64,000 nucleotides of DNA from an uncultured Anaerolineaceae bacterium (GTDB taxonomy: Bacteria > Chloroflexota > Anaerolineae > Anaerolineales > Villigracilaceae), in assembly GCA_964387495.1 (NCBI GenBank), contig CAYLXB010000003.1, forward strand, positions 6,914-70,913, in the 5' to 3' direction. The position numbers and the translations under genes are program-made. Each line of letters opens with the position of its first letter. Position 1 is the first letter of the stretch. Below are positions 26,348-35,960 of this stretch, one piece after another. Below the pieces are notes generated by a model, which was not told the origin of the DNA, made no database searches, and saw nothing but the letters and a program-made list of their open reading frames with translations.

Positions 26348-27885
26348 CCAATTCCATTGCAATCCTCGATTACGGTTCGCAATATGCCCAGTTGATCGCC
26401 CGGCGGGTGCGCGAACTGCAGGTCTATTGCGAACTTTTCCCCTGGGATGCGCCGGCTGAAAAGGTGTTCTCCATCCAGCCGAAAGGTTTCATCCTCTCCG
26501 GCGGGCCGCGGTCGGCGTATGAGCCGGGCGCACCGCATCTCCTGCCTTACCTGCTGGAGAGCGGTCTGCCCATCCTGGGCATCTGCTACGGGATGGGCGC
26601 GCTGACCCAGGCGCTGGGCGGGCAGGTGGCGCCTTCCACGGAGCGTGAATATGGACCGGCCCAGGTGGAAACCACTGTGCCAAACGCGCTCCTGCCTGGA
26701 GGCATATACCCCGTCTGGATGTCTCACGGCGACAGGATGGAGCAGGTTCCGCCGGGCTTCCAGGTTGTGGCGCGCAGCGACAACTCCCCGATCGCGGCCA
26801 TGGCCGACCCGGAGCGTAATTATTACGGGATCCAGTTCCACCCCGAGGTGCACCATACCCCCCGCGGCAGCGAGATGCTGCGACGTTTTGTGGTGGATAT
26901 CTGCGGCGTGCAGCCAGACTGGACACCGCAGTCCATCATCGAAGCCAGCCTGGAGCATATCCGCCGGCAGGTGGGAAGCGAGCGCATCCTGGCGGCCGTG
27001 AGCGGAGGCGTGGATTCATCGGTGGCGGCAGCGCTGGTGCATAGGGCGGTTGGTGACCAACTGGCGGCTGTCTTTGTGGATACGGGTCTCCTGCGCCAGG
27101 GTGAGGTGGAGCAGGTGGTGCGCACTTTTCGGGCTGAGATGGGCGCCGAGTTCATCCCGGTGGATGCCGCCGGCGAGTTCTTCGAGGCACTCCGGGGTGT
27201 GACCGATCCGGAGCAGAAGCGCAAGGTGGTGGGTGAGAAGTTCATCCGCATTTTCGAGCGCGAGGCAGGCAGGATTGGGGCAGTAAAGTTCCTGGTGCAG
27301 GGTACGATTTATCCGGACGTGGTCGAGTCGGCCGCGCCGGAGCGGAACAAGGCCCACAAGATCAAATCGCACCATAATGTGGGTGGTTTGCCCCAGGATA
27401 TGGCCTTCACACTGGTCGAGCCGCTGCGCTACCTTTTCAAGGATGAAGTGCGTGCGGTGGGCGAGGCGTTGGGTCTGCCGGAGGCCATGGTCTGGCGGCA
27501 GCCGTTCCCAGGCCCCGGCCTGACCGTGCGCTGCCTGGGTGAAGTAACCCCCGAACGGGTCAACCGCCTGCGGGCAGCGGATGCCATTTTCACCGAAGAA
27601 CTGGCCAGGGCCGGCCTGCTGGGCAGGGGGGCCGGGACCAGCCAGGCGTTTGCCGTCCTGTTGCCGGTTCGTTCGGTGGGTGTGATGGGCGATGTGCGCA
27701 CCTACCAGGAGGCCTGTGCGATTCGAGCGGTGGTGACGGATGATTTCATGACCGCCGACTGGGCGCGCATTCCCTATGAGGTGCTGGCGCGTGTTTCCAA
27801 CCGGATCGTCAACGAAGTAGACGGAATCAACCGGGTAGTGTATGATATAACCAGTAAGCCCCCGGCAACCATCGAATGGGAATGA
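26344..27885 (+). CDS. guaA: GMP synthase (glutamine-hydrolysing)
   Basis: The product has a GATase1 domain (GICYGMG), a PP-loop (SGGVDSSV) and a conserved C-terminal dimerisation domain. Confidence 0.9.
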   Translation: MTNSIAILDYGSQYAQLIARRVRELQVYCELFPWDAPAEKVFSIQPKGFILSGGPRSAYEPGAPHLLPYLLESGLPILGICYGMGALTQALGGQVAPSTEREYGPAQVETTVPNALLPGGIYPVWMSHGDRMEQVPPGFQVVARSDNSPIAAMADPERNYYGIQFHPEVHHTPRGSEMLRRFVVDICGVQPDWTPQSIIEASLEHIRRQVGSERILAAVSGGVDSSVAAALVHRAVGDQLAAVFVDTGLLRQGEVEQVVRTFRAEMGAEFIPVDAAGEFFEALRGVTDPEQKRKVVGEKFIRIFEREAGRIGAVKFLVQGTIYPDVVESAAPERNKAHKIKSHHNVGGLPQDMAFTLVEPLRYLFKDEVRAVGEALGLPEAMVWRQPFPGPGLTVRCLGEVTPERVNRLRAADAIFTEELARAGLLGRGAGTSQAFAVLLPVRSVGVMGDVRTYQEACAIRAVVTDDFMTADWARIPYEVLARVSNRIVNEVDGINRVVYDITSKPPATIEWE

Positions 27886-27924
27886 GCGGCCCCGTTGCCG
27901 GGCCGGCCGCTGTCCTGACAGAGA

Positions 27925-29814
27925 ATGCGTAAACTTTACCCGCTATTTCTAAGCCTGTGCCTGCTGCTGGCAGCCGGACGCACTGCGAGCGCCCAGGCAT
28001 CCGCCTACGCCGCCCTCGGTGCGCCGGATGTGTCGGCTTTTCCTGAAATGTCGGTCCTGCTGGATGTCTTTGATTCGGAGGGGCAATTCGTCTTGGACCT
28101 GGAGGCCGGCAACGTAACCCTGCTGGAAGATGGCCAGCCGCGTCCCCTGGAGGCGCTGACACCCATCCGGCCAGGCGCACGCATCATCGTGGCAGTCAAT
28201 CCCGGGACGCCATTTTCGGTACGCGACGGCGAGGGGATTACCCGTTACGAACGCGCCCGGAATATCCTGCGCACATGGGCTGAGGCCATCCCGGAAGATA
28301 CCGCCGATTCGATCAGCCTGGTCACCGCGGCCGGACCGCAGACTTTTTCCAGGCCGGTGGAATGGCTGGAGAATTTCAGCGGATATCAGCCGGATTTTTC
28401 CAGGGCAATTCCCAACCTTCAATCCCTGGCATTTGCGCTGGATACTGCTGCCGCCCCCACAACTGAACCCGGCACAAAAAGTGCCATTCTTTACATTACA
28501 TCCCATTTTGATGAGCGTGACATTTCGACATTGGAGGCCCTGCAGGCCGAACTGGTCGAAAACAGGGTCAGGGTTTTCGTCTGGTTCATCGATGGAGAAG
28601 CTTTCTTCGAAGACCCGACCGCTGTGGCTGTCAAAGCGTTGGCCCAGCAGACGGGCGGACAGTTCTTCGCTTTTTCTGGCACCGAGGTATTCCCGGATGT
28701 GGAAAGTTACTTTGCCCCACTGCGGCATGCCTATCTCCTGAACTATTCCTCCGGCGTAAACATTGCTGGCAGCCACAGTATGGAAGCGCAGGTAAAGGCC
28801 GGCGGGTTGGAGCTAACCACCCCGCAGCAAGCTTTCGACGTGGATGTCCAGCCGCCCAACCCTTTCCTGGTTGCGCCGCCCTTACAGATCATCCGCCGCC
28901 CGCCTGCCGACGATCCCTATAACGATGAAATCTTTGTTCCAAACGGCCAGACGCTTGAATTGATCATCGAATTCCCCGATGGACATGTGCGTCCACTGGT
29001 GCGAACTGCGCTGTATGTGGACGAGGAGCTCGTGGCCATCAATGAGCAGGAGCCATTCGACCGTTTGACATGGGATTTGAGCAAGTATACGTCCAGCGGC
29101 AAACACGAACTCAAGGTCGAAGCGGTGGACAGCCTGGGACTGGCCCGGATCAGCCTGAGCGTACCGGTGACGGTCACGGTCATCCCGGCGCCGCGCGGCT
29201 TCACCGCATTCCTGGCGCGTTACCGTACACCCATCACCGCGGGTGCCATCGTGCTGGCCGGCATGCTGCTGGTGGCCATTCTCTTCTGGGGGCGCATCCT
29301 GCGTATTCCCGGCCCGGGTGCACGCCGGGAGGCGCGCCAGCGTTATGCAGACCCGGTTACTCAGCCGATCACCATCCCGATGGAACGCAACACCCAGCCA
29401 AGGGGAGGTACAAGCCGTTTGCCCTGGGTGCGCAGGCCAAAAGTTCCGCAGGCACCGGCCTATCTTGCCAGGCTGAATGCCTCTGGCGAACCCACCGGTG
29501 CAAACCCGATCCCCCTGCTGGCCGGGGAGATGACCTTCGGAACCGACCCGGTGCAGGCGACTTACATCCTGGATGACCCTTCGGTTTCCCCCCTGCACGC
29601 CCGCCTGCGCCAGACCGAAGAGGGTGCCTTTATCCTGTCTGACCAGGACTCCATTGCCGGGACGTGGGTCAACTATGAGCCGATTGACCGGGAGGGGCGG
29701 CGGCTGGAACACGGCAATAGGATTCACTTCGGCCAGCTGGTATACCGCTTTATGCTGCGCAAAGCCCCGGAAGCAGAAGGTCCGACTGTAACCCTGGAGG
29801 AAACTCCGGAATGA
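27925..29814 (+). CDS. FHA-domain membrane protein with a large extracytoplasmic N-terminal domain
   Basis: The product has a signal peptide, a ~400 aa exported domain, a TM segment (ITAGAIVLAGMLLVAILFW) and a C-terminal FHA domain (PIPLLAGEMTFGTD...HARLRQTEEGAFILSDQDSIAGTWVNYEPI). Confidence 0.75.
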   Translation: MRKLYPLFLSLCLLLAAGRTASAQASAYAALGAPDVSAFPEMSVLLDVFDSEGQFVLDLEAGNVTLLEDGQPRPLEALTPIRPGARIIVAVNPGTPFSVRDGEGITRYERARNILRTWAEAIPEDTADSISLVTAAGPQTFSRPVEWLENFSGYQPDFSRAIPNLQSLAFALDTAAAPTTEPGTKSAILYITSHFDERDISTLEALQAELVENRVRVFVWFIDGEAFFEDPTAVAVKALAQQTGGQFFAFSGTEVFPDVESYFAPLRHAYLLNYSSGVNIAGSHSMEAQVKAGGLELTTPQQAFDVDVQPPNPFLVAPPLQIIRRPPADDPYNDEIFVPNGQTLELIIEFPDGHVRPLVRTALYVDEELVAINEQEPFDRLTWDLSKYTSSGKHELKVEAVDSLGLARISLSVPVTVTVIPAPRGFTAFLARYRTPITAGAIVLAGMLLVAILFWGRILRIPGPGARREARQRYADPVTQPITIPMERNTQPRGGTSRLPWVRRPKVPQAPAYLARLNASGEPTGANPIPLLAGEMTFGTDPVQATYILDDPSVSPLHARLRQTEEGAFILSDQDSIAGTWVNYEPIDREGRRLEHGNRIHFGQLVYRFMLRKAPEAEGPTVTLEETPE

Positions 29815-30857
29815 TCCGTTCCCAACGTTCCCACCTGCACCTGGCGGTCGAGAGCCACGAAGGGCTTTCGGGCAAGAACAACGAAGACCGCTATGCCGTC
29901 ACATCCTATGTGCTGGATGAAAAAAGCTCCATTCCCAGCCTTCTGGCCGTGGTCGCGGATGGCATTGGCGGGCACCGCGCCGGAGAAGTTGCTGCTGAGC
30001 TGGCTGTGGACCACATCACCCAGGCTGTTGCAGAAGGCGACAGCCAGCAGCCTCAGAAGACGCTGGAGCATGCCATCCATGCGGCCAGCCGGGCCATTGC
30101 CTCCCAGGCGGCCACCAATGAGAAAATGCTCGGCATGGGCGCCACCTGCGCCTGTGCGTGGGTGATTGCAGACCGGCTGTTCACGGCCTCGGTGGGGGAC
30201 TCGCGCATTTACCTGCTGCGCAGCGGCACCATCCGCCAGATTACAGTTGACCATACCTGGGTCCAGGAAGCCACCGACAAAGGCCTGATAACCCCTGAAC
30301 AGGCGCGCGAACACCCAAATGTGCACGTCATCCGCCGCTATCTTGGTTCCCCGGAACCGCCCGAAGTGGATTTCCGCCTGCGCCTGCGCGCGGACGAGTC
30401 CGATCCCCAGGCATGTTCCAACCAGGGGCTGGTCTTGCGCCCTGGCGACACCCTGCTCTTGTGCAGCGACGGCCTGACTGACCTGGTGTGGGAAGATGAA
30501 ATCCAGCAGGTGATCCTGAGCGCCGGCGACCTGCCAAAGGCGGCACAGGATCTGGTGGAGATGGCCAACCAGCGTGGAGGGCATGACAATATCACCATCG
30601 TCTTGCTGCGTGTTCCCGAGGTGAAACCTCCGGAAGTGAAAAAGCGCAAAATCCTGCCCTGGTTGTTGGGCGGGATTGCGGTGGTGCTGTTGGGGCTGGC
30701 AGGGATGTCCGTGCTGGCATGGAACCTGCTCCAGCCGGTGGGGCGCATTACTCCCAGCCCTGATCCGGCCAGTTCACCCCAGATCATCGTGATCACGCCA
30801 TCGGCCAATGCCCACCCGGCATTTCTGACCACCCCGGAGGCCAGTTCTACGCCCTGA
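29811..30857 (+). CDS. PP2C-family Ser/Thr protein phosphatase with a C-terminal membrane anchor
   Basis: The motifs DGIGGHRAGEVAA, ASVGDSRIYL, LLLCSDGLTD and GGHDNITIV are present, and the gene makes an ATGA overlap with the FHA gene. Confidence 0.8.
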   Translation: MIRSQRSHLHLAVESHEGLSGKNNEDRYAVTSYVLDEKSSIPSLLAVVADGIGGHRAGEVAAELAVDHITQAVAEGDSQQPQKTLEHAIHAASRAIASQAATNEKMLGMGATCACAWVIADRLFTASVGDSRIYLLRSGTIRQITVDHTWVQEATDKGLITPEQAREHPNVHVIRRYLGSPEPPEVDFRLRLRADESDPQACSNQGLVLRPGDTLLLCSDGLTDLVWEDEIQQVILSAGDLPKAAQDLVEMANQRGGHDNITIVLLRVPEVKPPEVKKRKILPWLLGGIAVVLLGLAGMSVLAWNLLQPVGRITPSPDPASSPQIIVITPSANAHPAFLTTPEASSTP

Positions 30858-31004
30858 CGGGCAGTGGGATACGGACTGACCCTGCTTCACGATCTCCCTT
30901 TTTGGTTTGCAGGGGGGACACTGGCATGTTAATTCACCTGACACAACCTGGCCAATTCAGCCTCGTATATAGAATGTGCATCGAAGCACAGAAAAGGAGA
31001 TGGA

Positions 31005-32996
31005 ATGTTCAGTTTTCTCGGATCGTCGTTGCTTATCATCGTTGTGGTGCTCCTGGCGCTGGTTGTTCTATCCGGCATCCGCTTTATCCCCAACAACCGG
31101 ATCGGTATTGTGGAAAAGCGCTGGTCCTTTGCCAAAGGTTCGGTCAAGGCAGGCCTGATTGCTTTGGATGGCGAGGCAGGTTACCAGCCCCATATCCTGC
31201 GCGGCGGCCTGCATTACCTGGTGCCCATCCAGTATGTGGTCCACATTGCCCCGCTGGTGACCATCACACAGGGCAAGATCGGCTACATCTTCGCCCGTGA
31301 CGGCAAGCCGCTCGAACCGGCCCAGGTGTTGGCTTCGAATCTGACTGCGGATGATTTCCAGGATGTGAATAAATTTCTGCGGGACGGCGGCCAGCGCGGC
31401 CCCCAGCGCCGCATCCTGCGTGAAGGCACGTATGCCATCAACCTGACCCAGTTCGTGGTCATCACGGAAGAACGTGTCTACACCCTGCCTCTCAGCCGGG
31501 AGGAGAGTGATGTCATTGTGCGCATGGCCGAGGTGATCAAGGAACGCGGCGGCTTCCGCCCGGTGATCATCAAGGATACCGATGACAACATCGGCGTCGT
31601 TACGGTCCATGACGGCCCCTCCCTGGCGCAGGGTGAAATCATCGCACCTGTGGTTGGCGATGACCCGGCACAGTCCGAGACTTACCATAACAAGTTCCAG
31701 GATGCCGACCATTTCCTGATGGCGGGCGGCTTCCGCGGCCGCCAGCTGCAGGTGTTGGTGGAAGGCACCTATTATGTCAACCGCCTGTTCGCCACGGTCG
31801 AAATGATCCCAAAGACGGTGGTCGAGGTGGGCAATGTCGGCGTGGTCGTTTCGTATACCGGAGCCATGGGTATCGACCTGTCCGGCACGGAATACCGGCA
31901 TGGTGAACTGGTGGAAAAGGGCAGCCGCGGTGTCTGGAGCGAGGCGCTCCTGCCGGGCAAATATGCCTTCAACACCTACGCCGGCAAAGTCATCCCTGTG
32001 CCCACCACCAACTTTATCCTGAAGTGGATCCGCAGTGAAGTGGGTTCACATAATTTCGATGAGAATTTGAGCGAGGTCTCGCTCATCACCAAGGACGCTT
32101 TTGAGCCATCCCTGCCGCTTTCGGTGGTCGTCCATATTGACTACCAGAAAGCTCCGCTGGTCATCCAGCGTTTTGGCGATATCAAGAAACTGGTCGAACA
32201 GACCCTAGACCCGATGGTGGCGGCCTACTTCAAGAATGTGGGCCAGACGCGTACCCTGATCCAGTTGCTGCAGGAGCGCAGTGCCATCCAGCAGCAGGCC
32301 AGCGAGGAAATGAAAGAAAAGTTCGAACATTACAACCTGGAACTGGAGGAGGTGCTGATCGGCACGCCCACTTCCCCGGCCGACGACCAGCAGATCGAAG
32401 CCATCCTGACCCAGCTGCGTTCGCGCCAGATTGCCACCGAACAGGTGGAGACCTATGCACGCCAGGAGCAGGCAGCGATCAAGGAACGCGAACTGCGCGA
32501 GGCCGAAGCGCGCGCCCAGATGCAGACCGGTATCACCCAGTCGGAGTTGAACGTCAACATCCAGACCAACCAGGGGAAAGCCGAGTACCAGCGCTCCATC
32601 CAGCAGGCAGCCCAGATCCGCGCCCTGGCTGAAGCCGAGGCCGAGAAGATCGCCCGCGTGGGTATCGCCCAGGCTCTGGCTACTGAAGAGCAGGTGCGTG
32701 CCTACGGCGGCCCGCAGTTCCAGGTGACCCAGCAGGTGTTGAACCGCTTTGCGGAAGCCATCCAGCAGTCCCGTGTGGATGTGGTACCGCGCGTGGTGGT
32801 CAGCGGCGGCGGTGATAAAGAAGGGGGCAGCACCGGCAGCATCATGGAAGCCCTGCTCACCATGCTGCTCTCCGACCGTTTTGACGCCCTGTCCAACGGC
32901 AGCAGCGAGCAGGTCAGCCGTTCGCCCGAAGCCGATGCCCTGCGCAGCCAGATCCGCCAGAGCATGCAGGGCAAGCCGGAAGAAAAAAAGAAGTAA
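31005..32996 (+). CDS. Flotillin / SPFH (band 7) family protein
   Basis: An N-terminal TM precedes an SPFH domain and a long coiled-coil region with EA repeats (AEAEAEKIARVGIAQA). Confidence 0.8.
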   Translation: MFSFLGSSLLIIVVVLLALVVLSGIRFIPNNRIGIVEKRWSFAKGSVKAGLIALDGEAGYQPHILRGGLHYLVPIQYVVHIAPLVTITQGKIGYIFARDGKPLEPAQVLASNLTADDFQDVNKFLRDGGQRGPQRRILREGTYAINLTQFVVITEERVYTLPLSREESDVIVRMAEVIKERGGFRPVIIKDTDDNIGVVTVHDGPSLAQGEIIAPVVGDDPAQSETYHNKFQDADHFLMAGGFRGRQLQVLVEGTYYVNRLFATVEMIPKTVVEVGNVGVVVSYTGAMGIDLSGTEYRHGELVEKGSRGVWSEALLPGKYAFNTYAGKVIPVPTTNFILKWIRSEVGSHNFDENLSEVSLITKDAFEPSLPLSVVVHIDYQKAPLVIQRFGDIKKLVEQTLDPMVAAYFKNVGQTRTLIQLLQERSAIQQQASEEMKEKFEHYNLELEEVLIGTPTSPADDQQIEAILTQLRSRQIATEQVETYARQEQAAIKERELREAEARAQMQTGITQSELNVNIQTNQGKAEYQRSIQQAAQIRALAEAEAEKIARVGIAQALATEEQVRAYGGPQFQVTQQVLNRFAEAIQQSRVDVVPRVVVSGGGDKEGGSTGSIMEALLTMLLSDRFDALSNGSSEQVSRSPEADALRSQIRQSMQGKPEEKKK

Positions 32997-33010
32997 ACCC
33001 CTGATGATGA

Positions 33011-33047
33011 AAACGGGGCGGCCCTTACGGCCGCCCCGTCTTTTTTT
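33011..33047. terminator. Bidirectional terminator hairpin between flotillin and rlmD
   Basis: aaaacggggcggcc-cttac-ggccgccccgt has TTTTTTT on the + side and an A-run on the other side. The rlmD stop codon lies in the loop. Confidence 0.7.
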
Positions 33048-34266
33048 CGAAGAGGGAAATCGATTCGATGTGGTACGTTTGGGGGAAGAGATCGAACGGA
33101 GTCACCTGGGTGATCCGGTAGCCGCCTTCGGCCAGGCGGCGGGCGTCACGCGCCAGTGTGGACGGATCACACGAGACGTACACGATCCTGCCGGGATTCA
33201 TTTCCCGGAGGGCATCCAGGGCGCGTTTCTCAAGCCCTGAACGCGGCGGGTCCACCAGGGCGGCTGCCGGTTCGATCTGCAGGCCGGGTAGGACGTCTTC
33301 CGCCGCGGCTTCGTAAAGTTCCACGTGGTCGAATTCGTCCAGGTTGGCGGCAAAATCATCACAGGCTGAGGGGGAGACCTCGATGCCAATCAACCGTGAG
33401 CAGCGCGGCGCCAGGAAGGCGCTGAACAGGCCCACGCCGCAGTAGACATCCAGCAACGTGTCCAGCCTGGCAGGGAGAATGGAGGATACGTGCTCCACCA
33501 TTTTTTCTGCCATGCGGGTGTTGACCTGGAAGAAGGAGGCTGCGGAAACTCGGAAGGGACGGCCCAGAATTTCGATGGTGGTCCTGTCGCTGCCCGCCAG
33601 GACAACGGCATCCTCCCCGGACAGGTGTACGACCGAGATATCTGCTTCCAGTTCCAGTTCGGGCGGCTGACCCGCAGCGGATTCCAGCACCAGCAGCAGG
33701 TCTCCGCCGGAACCGAGGCGTATGGAGATGCGTTCGAACGGGGCACCCGGCTCGAACTCCAACTGCGGCCAGAGTTCGTTGATGCCTGCTTCCGGCAGGT
33801 GACATTCGCGGATGGGAACGATCCGGGCGGCATTGGGGGCCTGGAAGCCGGATCTTCCCTCGGCGGTGAGATGGAATTGGATATGATTGCGATAATTGGC
33901 GGCCGCGGGGGAAGGGATGATCGCCTTTACGGGCGGCGATTCGATCTTTCCGATGCGCTCCAACTGGTCGCGCAGGATGGAGACCTTGGCGCCAAGTTGG
34001 GCCTCGTAGGGCATGTGCTGATAGTGACAGCCCCCGCATTGGCCGAAGTGCGGGCAGCGGGGCGTGATCCGCAGCGGGGAAGCCTCGAGCACTTCCAGCA
34101 GTTCGGCCCGCACAAAGCTGTGTTTTTCCTCCACCGGGCGGATGCGGACACGTTCCCCCGGCAGGCCGAACGGGACGAAGACGGCACGGCCGTCTTCCAG
34201 GCGTCCCATTGTCTCTCCCCCATAGACCTGCTTATCAAGGGTCAATTCAACCGTTTGGACGGGCAT
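33025..34266 (-). CDS. rlmD: 23S rRNA (uracil-5-)-methyltransferase RlmD/RumA family (TRAM, 4Fe-4S, SAM methyltransferase)
   Basis: The product has a TRAM domain (GRLEDGRAVFVPFGLPGERV), a Cys cluster (CPHFGQCGGCHYQH), a methyltransferase core and the catalytic C in VYVSCDPSTLARD. The ORF is open to 34293 (GTG); the ATG at 34266 is preferred. Confidence 0.8.
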   Translation of the reverse strand: MPVQTVELTLDKQVYGGETMGRLEDGRAVFVPFGLPGERVRIRPVEEKHSFVRAELLEVLEASPLRITPRCPHFGQCGGCHYQHMPYEAQLGAKVSILRDQLERIGKIESPPVKAIIPSPAAANYRNHIQFHLTAEGRSGFQAPNAARIVPIRECHLPEAGINELWPQLEFEPGAPFERISIRLGSGGDLLLVLESAAGQPPELELEADISVVHLSGEDAVVLAGSDRTTIEILGRPFRVSAASFFQVNTRMAEKMVEHVSSILPARLDTLLDVYCGVGLFSAFLAPRCSRLIGIEVSPSACDDFAANLDEFDHVELYEAAAEDVLPGLQIEPAAALVDPPRSGLEKRALDALREMNPGRIVYVSCDPSTLARDARRLAEGGYRITQVTPFDLFPQTYHIESISLFEKKTGRP

Positions 34267-34314
34267 TATAAATACTGCGGGGCGGTGTCTCACCGCCCCG
34301 GGTTTTGGTTCCGC

Positions 34315-34527
34315 TTATTTGACGAACAGGGCCAGAAGTTGATCCTGGAAAATGGCTATAAGGATCAGGAACACAAAGAATGTACCCGCCAGAATGCCGA
34401 TGCGGCGCAGGTCTTTTCTCACATAGCTGTAATCCGGATTGAATTCGGCGGCACCGGCGCCTGAGGTGCGCGGGGCTGCCGCGGCAGGGACAGTCCGGCT
34501 TATTTGACGTTTGACTTTCTTGCTCAT
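34315..34527 (-). CDS. Small hypothetical membrane protein (70 aa)
   Basis: The product starts MSKKVKRQ after an AGGAG RBS and has a C-terminal TM (ILAGTFFVFLILIAIF). Confidence 0.4.
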   Translation of the reverse strand: MSKKVKRQISRTVPAAAAPRTSGAGAAEFNPDYSYVRKDLRRIGILAGTFFVFLILIAIFQDQLLALFVK

Positions 34528-34535
34528 ATGATCTC

Positions 34536-35450
34536 CTAAGGATTTTGAAGTTTGGTGAACACCACGATCCGTTGGTTGTCCACCAGATAGGGATAACACG
34601 AAATCAGGGTGGCGGTCGGCTCGCTGGTGGGGGCCATGACCTCCACGCGGGTCGGCTCGGTGATTTCAGTGCGTGTGACGACGTAAATATATTGTTTTTG
34701 CTGTGTGTACAGCACTACCTGGTCGCCAGGCTGGAGACGGTCCAGGTTGCGGAAGATCTCGCCAAAAATATCATTATGGGCCGAGAGCACCACGTTCCCG
34801 CGCTGGCCGGGGTTGGCGGTGCCGATATGCTGGGCAACGCCTTTCTTCAACTGCTCCCAGCCATCGCCCTGGACAATGGGGGCATCCACGCTGATGGCGG
34901 GGATCTGGATTCGGATGGCAGTCTCCGGGCCCTGGGTTGGAACCGGCAGATTGGCAATGGATTGTACCATTGGCCGCAGGTGTTCCGGAATTTCGGCCTC
35001 GTTGGGACGGGCGTTCCCACTGGCATCCGGCGGGGTGTGGCCCGAAGGCAGCACAACTGCCGTGATCAGGGGGGTGGGTACAATTGTTTCCTGTGCCAGG
35101 GCGGCGGCCACTTCCCGGTTCAGGTCACGCAGGATTCCGAGACCGTTGAACAGGATCAAGACCAATCCGACAATCGCCAGCACTTCCACCCCCAGCAGCA
35201 CCCGGTCCATCCAGCGGCGGCGCGGGTTGACCGGCGCAGCCGGGAAGTCCACTTCCTCCGGGGTTTCGACCACAGGGCTGGTGCGCAGGTCCTGTAATGC
35301 GGCGGGCGGCAGGTCGGGGGCCAGCATCACCACCCGTCCTGTGCGGCGGAAATGGTCGAGGCGGTCGCTGCGCAGGCGGCGGCGTTTTTCCACCAGCAGC
35401 CGGCGCAGTTCATCCACGGTCAGGTCTTCGGGAGTTCTTCTCCTGGGCAT
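34536..35450 (-). CDS. Sortase-family transpeptidase (class E/F-like)
   Basis: The product has a TM anchor and then HIGTANPGQRGNVVLSAHN...TLISCYPY...R, the His-Cys-Arg sortase triad context (TLxTC-like). Confidence 0.7.
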   Translation of the reverse strand: MPRRRTPEDLTVDELRRLLVEKRRRLRSDRLDHFRRTGRVVMLAPDLPPAALQDLRTSPVVETPEEVDFPAAPVNPRRRWMDRVLLGVEVLAIVGLVLILFNGLGILRDLNREVAAALAQETIVPTPLITAVVLPSGHTPPDASGNARPNEAEIPEHLRPMVQSIANLPVPTQGPETAIRIQIPAISVDAPIVQGDGWEQLKKGVAQHIGTANPGQRGNVVLSAHNDIFGEIFRNLDRLQPGDQVVLYTQQKQYIYVVTRTEITEPTRVEVMAPTSEPTATLISCYPYLVDNQRIVVFTKLQNP

Positions 35451-35492
35451 CGCAGGGGGATTATACCGCAATGTTCGCCGCGCGGTTTTCCA

Positions 35493-35521
35493 TTGCCAAA
35501 ATTGCACACTCTCGTTATAAT
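35493..35521 (+). promoter_or_regulatory. Sigma-70-type promoter (TTGCCA-N17-TATAAT) for tRNA-Val
   Basis: The -35 at 35493-35498 and the -10 at 35516-35521 are 17 nt apart, and the tRNA 5' end lies 13 nt downstream. Confidence 0.7.
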
Positions 35522-35533
35522 ATCGCTCTGCTT

Positions 35534-35607
35534 GGGCGGGTAGCTCAGTTGGTTAGAGCATCGCGTTGACATCGCGAAGGTCGCAGGTTCGAGTCCTGTC
35601 TCGCCCA
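35534..35607 (+). tRNA. tRNA-Val (anticodon GAC)
   Basis: The cloverleaf has acceptor GGGCGGG/CTCGCCC, D arm GCTC-AGTTGGTTA-GAGC, anticodon stem TCGCG/CGCGA with loop TTGACAT, and T arm GCAGG-TTCGAGT-CCTGT. CCA is not encoded. Confidence 0.9.
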
Positions 35608-35610
35608 CAC

Positions 35611-35634
35611 AAAAAGCCCTGCACGGGCTTTTTG
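35611..35634 (+). terminator. Rho-independent terminator after the tRNA
   Basis: aaaaAGCCCtgcacGGGCTTTTTg. Confidence 0.8.
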
Positions 35635-35643
35635 ATTCCACTC

Positions 35644-35674
35644 TTGACAAGCCTTCATTTTTGCAGATAATAAT
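35644..35674 (+). promoter_or_regulatory. Sigma-70-type promoter (TTGACA-N17-ATAATAAT) for the pheST leader
   Basis: A perfect -35 TTGACA sits at 35644-35649 and an AT-rich -10 at 35667-35674. Confidence 0.65.
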
Positions 35675-35679
35675 CTCAA

Positions 35680-35960
35680 TTGTTCTTTCAAAGGCTGAGA
35701 ACGAGGAAAGTAGACCGGTGAAAGCTGACAGGGAAGCGAGGGCGCAGACTGAGACCCCCGCCCACGTGGAAGCCGGCCGAAGTTCCCTCTGGAGCCGCTC
35801 CGGGGAAGGGCCGCTGGCCTGGTAGTCGGAGACGTTTCTCCAACGTTAGCTGGAGCGCCAATCGCCTTGATGCCGTTGGCCGAAGTGGGCTGCCTGTGCA
35901 GCCAATGCGGGTGGTACCGCGGGAATATCCTCCCGTCCCGGCGTGGGACGGGAGTTTTTT
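35680..35960 (+). promoter_or_regulatory. T-box riboswitch leader (Phe-specific) controlling pheS-pheT
   Basis: The T-box sequence AATGCGGGTGGTACCGCGG lies at ~35904-35922. It is immediately followed by the terminator tcccgtcccg-gcgtg-ggacggga-gTTTTTT (35931-35960). Stem I carries a GA/AG-rich region, and a candidate UUC specifier sits in GAAGUUCC at ~35783. Confidence 0.75.
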
